A stretch of DNA of 64,000 nucleotides from Hypanus sabinus (taxonomy: Eukaryota): NCBI RefSeq assembly GCF_030144855.1, contig NC_082731.1, forward strand, positions 23,622,001 through 23,686,000. The letters are read 5' to 3'. The notes beneath the pieces were generated by a model. It was given only the letters and a program-made list of their open reading frames with translations, had not been told where the DNA came from and did no database searches. The position numbers and the translations under genes are program-made. The number at the start of each line of letters is the position of its first letter. Within the stretch, counting starts at the first letter, position 1. Positions 38,123 through 49,049 of this stretch are shown piece by piece.

Positions 38123-41100
38123 GAGTTCCGGTGACATAATCGTCGAGAATGGCAGCCTAAGTCACTCGCTCCTCCGGAAAAACGCGTTCTAAGCCCTGTT
38201 AACAGATCAAATATAGTAGCTGTCGAAAGTTATTTAACTAATAAGAGGGGCAAAATGGGGGAAATGAATGGACATTAAAAAATCTACACTGCAGAGCCTG
38301 CGGCCTAGAGGTGTGCAACGACCGGCTCTCCTTCTCGACCGTGTGCGAGCGAGGCGGACGCTGGGCCTCGTTCAGGCGAAGAGGCGAATATGATCGAAAT
38401 TCTGAAAGAGATAAGGGAGTTTTAAAAAGATGTAAAGCAGCAGGTTCATGATATTAAGTCAGAGCTCGCCAACGTCAATCAAAAAATAGCGATGGCAGAG
38501 ACTCGAATTGAGAAGGTGGAAGATCACTTTAAAAAGTGGAACGTTTCAAAGTAAAACGAAACAAATATTAAATCAACAAGAAGATAAACTGCTTGACCAG
38601 GAGGGGAGATTACGGTGGAAAAATATCAGAATATTCAACGTTCCCGAAGGAGTGGAGGGCTTATCTATGACGGTTTTTTTTTCAGAATGTTGTTGCGGGA
38701 CGCGCTGCAATTTCCCTCGGCTATGAAGCTGGAAATCGAGAGTGCGAATTGCGCGCTCGTCCCGAAGCCGACCCAAGATAAACCCGATAAGCCACGTGTA
38801 ATATAATTTAAATTCGTTCAGTACAGTGCCAAGGCGGAGATTCTACGGAGGGCATAGGGTAAGAAGACGGTGTTTGTAGACGATATATTAATATATTTCG
38901 ACCAAGATTATCCCCGCCCCCGGCGGTACTGCAGAAACTGAAAACATACTCTGTAGTAAAGCCAATATTAACGCAAGGAACGATTAGATTTCAAACTCCC
39001 TACCCTGCTAAACTTCGAGTGTTTTATGAAGATGGGACGCTGTTGTACCAGATAATGAAACAGGCGACGATAGACATGAAGGACAGAGTGTTGTCCGGCA
39101 GCGTGATCAAACCGAGGAAAGCCTGGCGGAGGAATTATCCCGGTCTGCTTCGGAAATAGTGCGATAATGGAAGGCAGGAGACGGCAGGAGGCCGAGAGAT
39201 GTATATCAGGAAGAGACCATGTGTTTTACAAAGACAGCCCTCACCCCCATAAGCTTGGCTAACATTAAAATCGTTGAGAAGCTAAACGGAAGCAAAAGTA
39301 GAGGGTGATATAATTATCTCGATAAATACTTATTATCATGTAGATTTTATATTACTTAGTTATTATTTCTTATTCGCTCACTTACTCCTTTTTCCCCACA
39401 AAACTGAGAATATCTAAGTGTGTGTATGTGTATATGTGCAGTGTGTATATATGTGTATGTATGTTATACATGAAACAATGTATGTATGTATGTATGTATG
39501 TACATATATATATATAGAAGTACACAGGGATTTTTTTTATATGTAATTGATTTATTCACTATCTGTTATGAATACGGCAATGGGGGCCCGTAACTCACAA
39601 GTAGGAGGGGATATCTCCTATCGGTAGACTTTTCCTCTAGCTCAAAGCAACGTCGTCTACCTGAGATCTCAGCCTTGGAATCACAAATTCGTTGCCACTT
39701 TTGTTATTATTTCTGTTTCTTGCTTCTGATTTGTTCAAGGAGCAGATCGATTAATTTTTATTCGACTAAATTCAATGATACATTGACAGATAAATACAGA
39801 TGTGTAAGGACAAAGTAAAATTCATTTCTTTTAATGTTAATGAGCTGTTAAATTGAATGAATCTTAATATAATTTCATCCGAAATTTAAAAAAAATCAGA
39901 CCTATACAGTATATTTTCAAGAAATTCATTTAAGTGTTGGTAAGCATAGAAAACTAAAGAGAACGGGCTTTACTAATTTGACTTTCTCCTCATATAAATC
40001 AAGACATAGTAGAGGAGTTGCTATCCTTATCTCAAGTAAGATAAATTTTGAAAAAGTATTCGAAATGGTAGATAAAGAGGGCAGCTATATTCTGAAAAGC
40101 GGGAATATATTCGAATAATCCTGTTACTTTAATGACAATACGCACCCCCTGGAAGTGATATTGGTTTCTTTCAGAAAATTATTGATACTATAGCAGTGGA
40201 AACAGAAGGTCTCCTGATATGTGGGGGAGACTTAAATTTACAATTACAACCAAACTTATTCTCTTCCAATAGAAAAACCTATGAACCAAAATCATTACAT
40301 AAGAAAGTTAATACACGTTTTGAGGATGTTGACTTAATTGATATATGGAGGGACCTTTTCCCCGGCAGAAAGGATTACACTCATTATTCTGCTCCCCATT
40401 CTGGAAATACAAGAATAGACTATTTCATAACATTTGGAAGAGAAAAAGACGAAATAAACACCGGTGTAATTGGGACAATAGATGCAAGTGACCATGCACC
40501 TGTACATTTATCTGTTGATTTCGACCTACAACCAAAAAATACTATTTGGAAACTGAATTCAAGCCTACTCAGTGACCCGTACCTTAAGGAAAAAATTAAA
40601 AAAGAAATCCATCTCTACTTACAATTTAATGATAATGGAGAGGTTTCACCTCCCATTTTATGAGACATTCTGAAGGCTGCCTTAAGAAGGATCATTATAG
40701 CGATATCTTCATATGAGAAAAAAAATAAAGGTCAAAGCATTAGAGGAATTACAAAATAGGCTGAAGAAACTGGAGATAAAACAAACACAAATTGAATTTG
40801 GCAGAGGATACATTATGAGAAATTTGAAAAAAAAATGAATTAAATTAATAGCTTGGCTAAGCAAGAAATCAGGGGAAATTTAATATTTCTGTAACAGAGA
40901 CATCATGAAAGTTAATCTAAGCCCGTGAAAATACAGGCGTGGAAACTGAAGTAAATAATAGCAGAAAATACAATTCATAGAATTAGGGACCCAAGAACGA
41001 AAATGATTAAATAAAAAGCTAAGTGAAATTCAAGAAGCTTTTAAAGTGTTTAAAAAAAATCTATATTCCAAAGTTCCAAGGGGAAGCAATTTGATACATA

Positions 41101-41390
41101 CAGAGAAAAATGGTTTAACTACATAATGCCTCATATGCATGATTTTATTCTCACAAAGCAATGAATATGTTGTAAAATACACATTCCCTACTTGGACATA
41201 GCATTTTTTTTTCAAGTTGCTTTTTTTTGTTTTCTGTCCACTCTTTTCTATAAGTGTATACCTCCGATAAATACTATGTGGAGATTTGTGACATATATGA
41301 TTATATGCTATTTATGTACAATGTCTGAAATACATCTAATGGAAATATTTTTAGATGATGAACATCAATAAAAAATAAGGTGCAAAAAAG
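38123..41390 (+). mobile_element. L1 LINE, same family as its neighbour, lacking the RT domain
   Basis: 5' GGAGTTCCGGTGAC..ATGGC. ORF1 (NIRIFNVPEGVEG). EN (LLICGGDLN, RIDYF, SDHAPV). Linker to ..SKVPRG jumps at ~41095 to the ORF2 C-terminus (TYREKWFNYIMPHMHDFILTKQ*). 3'UTR with AATAAA at ~41367. Confidence 0.9.
39420..39520. repeat. (TG/TA/TATG)n microsatellite
   Basis: gtgtgtatgt...tatgtatgta...tatatata run. Confidence 0.85.
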
Positions 41391-42961
41391 TGTAAACAAA
41401 GTATTCTGAATAAAACAATATATTTACCTCACTATGGAATTACTATTAAAATGTTGAGGATGAATACAAACTGCGCAGGGAACCAACAGAATTCTGAAAA
41501 AAAATTCTCCGCTCATGGAGAAAACTCGAGCGAAGAAGTGAGTGTCGTTCCGAGAGCCATGATGAGGGTCACCCGACCACTTGGTTACACATAGTGGACA
41601 AAAAGACAATGAAATGTGAGCAATTCCCACATAACTCTGAAGGTTCTCATCTTGGAACGTAGGATCTATGGAGAAAAGTGCAGTCAACGTTTCGAGCAAA
41701 AAACTCGAATGCACTTTTTTTTTTTCCCCCAAAGAAGGTGCCAAGCCCACTGTGCTCTACAATTCTGTGTACGTTGCACAGATTTCCGGCATGTGTAGGT
41801 TTTGTCTTGTCTGTGAATTTTGACCTGGAATCCAGTCCTGCGTCAACTTGCTCTGGCAATTATCCTTCGGGCTGTTTACAGAATTTCTCTGGACTCGGTA
41901 TTTCTAAAAGTCACTCGGTTTCTGTTCAATCCGGTTTGAATTCAGTTTTTGAATGCACGCACTGTCCGACGGATTTTTACTGAATATTCGGTCCGCGATA
42001 GACGCCGTGACTTTAACAGTGGAGGGATAATTAAAAACCGCAAGAAGGGGAAAACACGACGTCCATGGATTCACAGCTAACAAAGTGCATCATCCATATT
42101 TATGTCACATCGCTCTCACATTTAGTTTACTAGCGAAATTTGGAAGATTTGTTGCTTACTGACTGGTTGAAGTTGACCACAAGTGCAGAGAGAATTCCTT
42201 TGCCGATACCTTCAATTGTTACTTACTCTGTGACCTAAACGTGGTGCATGACCATTCTCAAACACATCTGTGTCATTTTGCAATTAGATGAATTACCTTA
42301 TACATTGTTAGGCCGTTTTACAGTTTTAGCAAGAATATTATAACATTGTTTCATTGGCCAATATTTTGACTGCAGTCATCATGCGAATATACTCGTAACA
42401 GGATCAAGCCACATGGACGACCTCGGGCACGGGTACCTTTGGTGCGGATCACAGAGAAAAGGAGTAAGAAACAACAGATAACCCCACTTAATCGTTCTTA
42501 AATTTACTTTATCTTAGATTACTTCGCTACTTTTGTCTGTTATCCATACTGTGAGTCTGTAAGACTCTGGTTGAAGACGTATCTACTCTATTTTCGCGTT
42601 GAGATTCCGCCAGACACGCATTGTCTCAATTGTAAGCCTTACATACTCTGATTCAGTTTTAATATTCACGATGCTATTCATTTGGCATGATAACGGATAT
42701 ATTCAAAACAGTATCTAGAATCTGTGCAGGTATGTTCATTGTGAAAACTCCATGCAGATCAGGAATTGGGGAAGTGACTTGTACTGAGAAATGCTTGACG
42801 TGTGGACGGATTATGTGCCTCCTGAATCCAGACACAATAATCTCTGATGTAAATCTTGAGGGTCACTAATTTCGATTGACCTTGAATATCGCCCTCACAG
42901 AATAGATATAATGAATAAATACAGGAATAACATTCATCAATCACCATCATCATCATCAGAA

Positions 42962-43275
42962 NNNNNNNNNNNNNNNNNNNNNNNNNNNNNNNNNNNNNNN
43001 NNNNNNNNNNNNNNNNNNNNNNNNNNNNNNNNNNNNNNNNNNNNNNNNNNNNNNNNNNNNNNNNNNNNNNNNNNNNNNNNNNNNNNNNNNNNNNNNNNNN
43101 NNNNNNNNNNNNNNNNNNNNNNNNNNNNNNNNNNNNNNNNNNNNNNNNNNNNNNNNNNNNNNNNNNNNNNNNNNNNNNNNNNNNNNNNNNNNNNNNNNNN
43201 NNNNNNNNNNNNNNNNNNNNNNNNNNNNNNNNNNNNNNNNNNNNNNNNNNNNNNNNNNNNNNNNNNNNNNNNNNN
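42962..43275. other. Assembly gap (N run)
   Basis: 314 N. Confidence 1.
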
Positions 43276-43279
43276 AGCA

Positions 43280-44190
43280 CCTTTACAGGAATTTCGGCCC
43301 ACAATGTTTCGCTGACACTCAAAATCACCTTAAATCCTCCATTTACCTGTCTGGTTCTCCCTTAAACTTCACTATTTAATCTGCTTCCATCACTGACTCA
43401 GGCACTGCATTCCACCCCCCAACCACCCTCTGAATAAAAGTCCTTCCTTTATCATATGCCCTCTCATCCTCCTTCTCTCCAAAGAGTACAGCCCTAGCTT
43501 CCTTAATGTCTGATCTTAATCCATGCTCTGTAAACGAGACAGCATCCTACTAAACCTCCTCTGTACCCTTTCCAACCCTTCCACATCCTTCCTATACCGA
43601 CGCGACCAGAACCGGGCACAATACTCAAAGTGTAGCCTAACAAGAGCTTTATAGAGCTGCATCATTTCATCTCGAATATTAAACTCTATCCCTCAACTTC
43701 TGAAAGCTAACACCCCCTAAGCTTTCTGAACTACCCTATCCAACTGTGAGGCAACTTCCGGGGATCTGCGGACTTATACCCCCAGATCACTGTGTTCCTC
43801 CACACAACCATGTATCCTAACATTTAATTTGTACTCTCTGAGAAACTTGAACCTTCCAACGTGTACCACGTCACACTTCTCCGGGTTGAACTCCATCTGC
43901 CACTTCTCAGGGCAATTCTGCATCCTATCAATGTCTCTCTGCAATCTTCTACAATCCTCTGTATTATCTACAACACCATATACATTTGTGTCGTTTGCAA
44001 ACTTTCTTAACCACAATTATACCCCCACATGCATGTCGTTAATAAATATTACGAAACTTAGAGGTCCGAGAATATATCCGTGTGGGACACCAGTAGTCAC
44101 AAACCTCCAAACTGAATGTACTTCCTCCAACACGACCCTCTGCCTGCTGCATATATGCCAATTATGAATCCACCTGGCCAAACCTCCTCC
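43280..44190 (-). mobile_element. CR1-type LINE fragment
   Basis: VTTGVPHGYILGPLSFVIFIND; KFANDT..LQRDIDR..KWQMEFNPEKC. Confidence 0.9.
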
Positions 44191-45014
44191 TCCTCCTCCT
44201 CTCAAGAAGATGGAGGAGGAGGACGTGGAGAAGAAGAATTATTTTGTTCCTGTGGAAACTTCTTTCGTTACAACAGCAACATTTAAAATACAGTTAACAG
44301 TGTGCGGAACTAAGCATACAGTAGATAACAATAATTTGTGCAATAATAATTTACCACTGTGCAATGATAACTTATGATACAATAAAACAGCGAACGTAGT
44401 CCTGTGATCAGTATTCTTTTGTCACAGAGTGATGAACTTTTACATTTGCATACTTTTGCCTACGTCCCATGGAACAGATAAGCTGCTTTCGAGGGAAATT
44501 CTGAGAACTGAATTTCGACAAGTCCACTTTAAACTAGTCGGAGGTAAACGGTCAGGTTGATCTCTAAAAACGTATCGAAACTGATGACAATTTTCAGAGT
44601 GCTTCGTCTAAACTCCGACGGAAGGTCAGGAGGTAAAAGGGGGACTGTTGTGTATTTGTACAAGTGAAACTTTATAATAATACACAGAAATCTGTGAGTA
44701 AAGTCACGGCATCCACTATGCATTCCGCTTTTCCTTGAAATGCACTTTTAATCTATAGCCTCTCCGGGGGTAACAACTAGCAATCCACTTGAACTTAAAC
44801 GATAATCATGGAAGCAGAATGCGGCTGCCTGCTGAAATAGTCTATCACTTGTGAAACGGCCGAACTGATTATATTCTGCAAAGCATTTCATCTTTCTGCA
44901 ATAATGGAAGATTTATTTTAGCTGAGAAATTAGGGCGGTACGTTCTGTAAAGAATCGTACTGGCATGGACAATCACAATTTTGCAACAATCACAACATAG
45001 TGGACGGCTCGTTT

Positions 45015-45780
45015 CAGTCTGTCAGATATAGAGTAGCAAAGAATCGATATAAACAGATCTCTTCAAATATCACCGATCCCCCGGATGTTCCACTCTCCTT
45101 CTCACGAAAAAGCTGGCGAGTAATTGGTAGTTGCAATGCAACTCCGCCATCCTGAACAAAAAAGCACAACACAGTCTTTATTTCCAACGGAGTATCAAGA
45201 AAGCCCACCTGTGTCCCAGAGTACTGTCGGACGTTTACCGCTGTACCAGCGCGAGCATACTGATCACCTGCATCTCAGTGTGGTATGGCAGTTATCCTGT
45301 ATCGAACCGCAGAGCACTTCAGCGTGTAGTGAATACTGCCCAGCGGGTAATCGGCATCTAAATGCCCACCATTGAGAACATCTACCATAAAGGCTAACTG
45401 GGTAGAGCGAAAAGCATTACCAAAGATGCATCTCACACTAAACATGGAATTTTTAACTCTACTCACACCCTGTAGGCGCAGCAGGAGCCTCCGATCCCGC
45501 ACCAGTAGGCACAGGAAGAGCTTCTTCCCTGAGACTGTGACGCTGCTGTTCCGCACGTCACAGCGTTAAGCAATATTCCACTCATATTGTACCGTCTCAG
45601 TATTTTTATCTTTGTGTGTTGTAGCACTTATATTTTATTCGCACTTATTTTGGAAGTGTCATTATGATTTGCATTTCTGTTTAGAAGCTAACTGCATTTC
45701 TTTGGCTTTTTATCTGCACTCTGCACAATGGCAATGAAGTTGAATCTGTTCTAACCTAATCTAATCTAATCCAATCTACT
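45015..45780 (+). mobile_element. Rex1/Babar-type LINE 3' end
   Basis: KKAQHSLYFQRSIKK..YRCTSASILITCISVWYG..ALQRVVNTAQRVIG; (CTAAT)n tail at ~45752-45778. Confidence 0.88.
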
Positions 45781-45837
45781 GTACAAATGCATTTATTTAG
45801 AAAGTTTTACGTACTCGTGACATGACAGTGGTACCCT

Positions 45838-46075
45838 TGTCACGTGACTGGGGTTGAAGCTATACTGGACTGGACGTAATGGTCTGGTGATGGTGGAGTG
45901 ATGTCATTTTCCCGCCAATAGAGATCATGTGACATGTTTTTTTTTACAGGTTATAAAAGGAAGACCCCACCCTGTGAGAAGTGGCAGTTCGTGACTGGAT
46001 TTGCCAAGTTGACTTCATGCCGCTGCGTGATTTAATATGATGACGCAGTTTAGTTGAAAGATTAAGTTTTATCTA
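45838..46075 (+). mobile_element. Truncated LTR-like sequence abutting the coding end of supporting V2
   Basis: Begins TGTCACG, has a CCAAT box (~45916) and TATAAAAG (~45952), and has no homology to the cassette-1 RSS region. Confidence 0.5.
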
Positions 46076-46362
46076 ATGCACAGTAGTACAAAGCAGCGTC
46101 GCTCAGTTGCACTTTGGAGATGGTCAGCTGGCTGATTTTCTATCAGTATCGAGAAAACCAGTAAATCGTTCTCCGGCATTTGTCTTCTTATCTTGTGCTC
46201 CAAAGGTTTGTTCTTGGAGGAGGAATACCGGTAACGGCCCTGGACGCTGTCGATACTAGTGTAAATTGTAACGACAGTACACATGATATTTACAGCTTAA
46301 TGTGACGCTGTTGGCAAGTGCTGTTTGTCGTTCAGGACTCTGAAGTGCTGGAGAAATGGATT
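46075..46362 (-). pseudogene. TRDV: Supporting TCR-delta-like V segment 2 (pseudogene)
   Basis: Acceptor CCTGCAG|AA. Translation SISPALQSPERQTALANSVTLSCKYHVYCRYNLH*YRQRPGPLPVFLLQEQTFGAQDKKTNAGERFTGFLDTD / SQLTISKVQLSDAALYYCAL. TAG at the Trp41 codon (46258-46256), 1-nt deletion at ~46135-46142, no RSS. Confidence 0.92.
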
Positions 46363-47406
46363 CTGCAGGAAGGTAAAGAAGATTATTGCTGATTTACCGA
46401 TCACGGTCAGAAAAGAGTGCCGAATAAGATACCAGAAGTTGCTTCCACGCAAACATGTTTCATTTGAAAAGTGTGCAGATAATAGTTATTATCATTTCCA
46501 ATTATTGTAATGAATTTCTGAGTTGTATAAATCAGCGACACATGGTAAATTGCGGACATGTTGCTATTATGGAATCATGTTTCGTATTTTGTGAAACTAC
46601 GTGGAAGGAAGCAACTAATTTCCTTGGAAAATATCTGTCATCCTACAAACTCATAATGTGCCAAACGCCTTTTTCTCTGTTCTGTGGTGTTATTTTTTAA
46701 ACGACAGTTCAATTCCGTGCATAAGTGCAAATCAGATCAATTAGATATTTTGTTCGTATCCATAGATGCTCTATCTCCATTAATTCTAACCTCTTGCCCT
46801 GTAACGTGATTATCATAGTAATGAGAATGAAGAGTGCAGACTGGCCAGGTAAATTTCTCAGCAGCTGAAGACAAAGTTGAATTATCAATCGGATATTACC
46901 ACGTGCCGATAAAAAAAAAATCTGTTCCCTTCCCATTATTTATTTATTTATTTATTTTTTATCAGCGTGACATGCAATTTTACATCCTATTTCATAATGG
47001 ATTGGAGAAATGTTTTTCCCACATATTGATGGCTCATATTTTTCTGTTCTGCCTGTGGTTTACACAGTATCCTGCTGACAACAATGCTCAGACTGGCAGC
47101 TGTTGGTGAGATTTATCCTGCGAAATTTACTCAGGCATTTCATCCTTAACAATAGCAGGCTTTCCATCTCCATCACCCTCAGCTAATTCAAGTATTATCA
47201 AACTCGTCTTTCTGCAAAGATACCGCACACTCAGTCTACAGAAGCACACTACAGAAGGGAAACCAGAAACTTCCAGTCACTTTCTTTCAGCAGCAAACAT
47301 CCCTGCATCGATCCAACTCTCTAAAGCCTACTTACTGCAGGAAGAAATAACATTTTCACTAACATTCTGCGAATGCTCCTGCCTCATCTCATTATGCATC
47401 ACTTAT

Positions 47407-47415
47407 GGCAGGTGG
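47407..47415 (+). promoter_or_regulatory. kappa-E2-type E-box GGCAGGTGG (paralogue of 15890-15898)
   Basis: Exact motif conserved between the two cassettes. Confidence 0.4.
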
Positions 47416-47714
47416 TCGTGTAATTTCTGATATCATATTTATTACGTTTTGCGGTTTAGGCATTATTTCCCACATGTATTCGAAGCACGAACAGTTATAA
47501 TGGGAGTACTCCGAAGTTTCCAATAGATCCAGAGCAACAGCTCATCCAGAAAAAACTCCCTGTGCTTATGTAGTCTCTAACCCACTTTGCAGAAACGGGA
47601 TTTAACATTGAACTCATTGAAAGTTAAATACATTTTTGCCAATCAATCATCTAGAAAATGTTACTGAAAATAAGCGAGACAATATAAGAAACAGCAATGT
47701 TTGTGGATATTTAC

Positions 47715-47772
47715 CGGGCATGACCGTGACAGTTGTCCCTTCTCCATCAAGAGTATAAGTCGTCCACTCAGA
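47715..47772 (-). CDS. NAR-type J segment 2
   Basis: 58 nt encoding SEWTTYTLDGEGTTVTVMP, phase-1 donor G|GTAAAT. Confidence 0.92.
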
Positions 47773-47811
47773 CACAATGATGCTGTTCTCTGTCTCCACC
47801 ATACAAAAACT
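47773..47811 (-). other. 23-RSS of J2
   Basis: Plus strand CACAATG (47773-47779), 23-nt spacer, ACAAAAACT (47803-47811). Confidence 0.92.
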
Positions 47812-48134
47812 ACAGTCACGTGAAACTTCTTAGTAAAACTCATATTAAGCTTTCCAGTGTTTCCAGGATCATTAACACAGTGTTCCCCATTTGCCGAAAG
47901 TTCCATATGTTCTTTGTGAAAAAGCAAGAACTAATCAAAATAAAACTGCGGTTGGATTCCGAGAGAAAAAATATAGCAAACGTGTCAATCAAAAATGTAT
48001 ATGAAGAATTGATTTTACAAATTTTCTAATCTGATTACTGAGCGAATAACGCCAATGTTTGTAAGATTTATACACGACATGCAAAACATTTAGCTTAAAG
48101 AAAAGGTATATTTATTTACTTTTTTATGTATATC

Positions 48135-48206
48135 GTTATTTGTTCGGATCTCTTTCACCGTGTACGCTCCAATATAAACACAGTATATCACGTGAATGAC
48201 AATTCT
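48135..48206 (-). other. D segment 2 (48163-48178) flanked by two 12-RSSs
   Basis: Minus strand D = TTTATATTGGAGCGTA (16 nt). 3' RSS: CACGGTG-12-ACAAATAAC. 5' heptamer TACTGTG (48185-48179), 12-nt spacer, weak nonamer (plus GACAATTCT). Confidence 0.8.
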
Positions 48207-48529
48207 CCCTGAGGAATCGATGACATAACTGATCAAGAATTAAATACCCAGCGGTTGCGTTCCGCTGTTCCAAGTGTTCAGGAACGATTCTGTCTGTAGT
48301 TGGTAAGAAGAATCTGCTTTTATTAATGCTCTTTCGCCATTTATTGCCACAAATCTCAGGGAAGGCTGCGACATCCGTGAATATTCGGCAGTGGGAGCTT
48401 AAAGACTATACGTCATTAGCAGCAACTCACTGTTAGCTAGAATGTAGGACAGGTCGGCAAAGGCGGGCAGATAAACTTAATCCGGAGATACATTCTGCTA
48501 CCTCTGATTCATGAATAAGCTACAGAGAA

Positions 48530-48567
48530 AGTTTTTCTACATCGCGAAGCCAAAGACCATCATTGTG
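48530..48567 (-). other. RSS of NAR-type V2 (22-nt spacer)
   Basis: Minus strand CACAATG (48567-48561), 22-nt spacer, AGAAAAACT (48538-48530). Confidence 0.88.
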
Positions 48568-48861
48568 CTGTACACCATTTGTACACAGCTTGACAGTAAG
48601 AGGTGCCGCTGTCATCCAATCGCAAATCTCGAATTTCCAACGAAAACTGCATGTCCGTTTTCTTAATCCAAGTAACAAATCTCTCCCCGCGGGTGACTTT
48701 TTTCCGCTCGGTCGCTGAGTTGGTCCTGCAGAAGAATTTTCCAGTATGAAAGCGACATGCACCAGAAAAACCAGGTTGGAAACTGCAGGAGATGGTGGCA
48801 GTCTGACAGTCATTCAGGTTTACAATGGACGGGCTCTGAGTCACCGACTGACTCAGTGAAC
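48568..48861 (-). pseudogene. VNAR-like V exon 2: open frame but defective splice acceptor
   Basis: SLSQSVTQSPSIVNLNDCQTATISCSFQPGFSGACRFHTGKFFCRTNSATERKKVTRGERFVTWIKKTDMQFSLEIRDLRLDDSGTSYCQAVYKWCTA, 68/96 aa identical to V1. Intron ends ..TTCGTCG|GT (AG changed to CG). Confidence 0.85.
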
Positions 48862-49006
48862 CGACGAATGACAAAAACGGAGTAAACTAAGTTGGAGTCA
48901 GAGACGAACCACACAAGTGAGCTAATCCGGATGAGCGCTGAAAACGCAGAATGGCTCACAGACAGATTTAAAGTTAACTCAAAGTGGCTGTATGAAACAT
49001 ACTCAC

Positions 49007-49049
49007 ACCAAACGCAGAGGAAAAGTGTCAAATAAAAGAAGGCTCCCAT
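49007..49049 (-). CDS. Leader exon of NAR-type V2
   Basis: MGAFFYLTLFLCVW + T|GTGAGT, phase 1; paralogous to 17495-17537. Confidence 0.88.
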
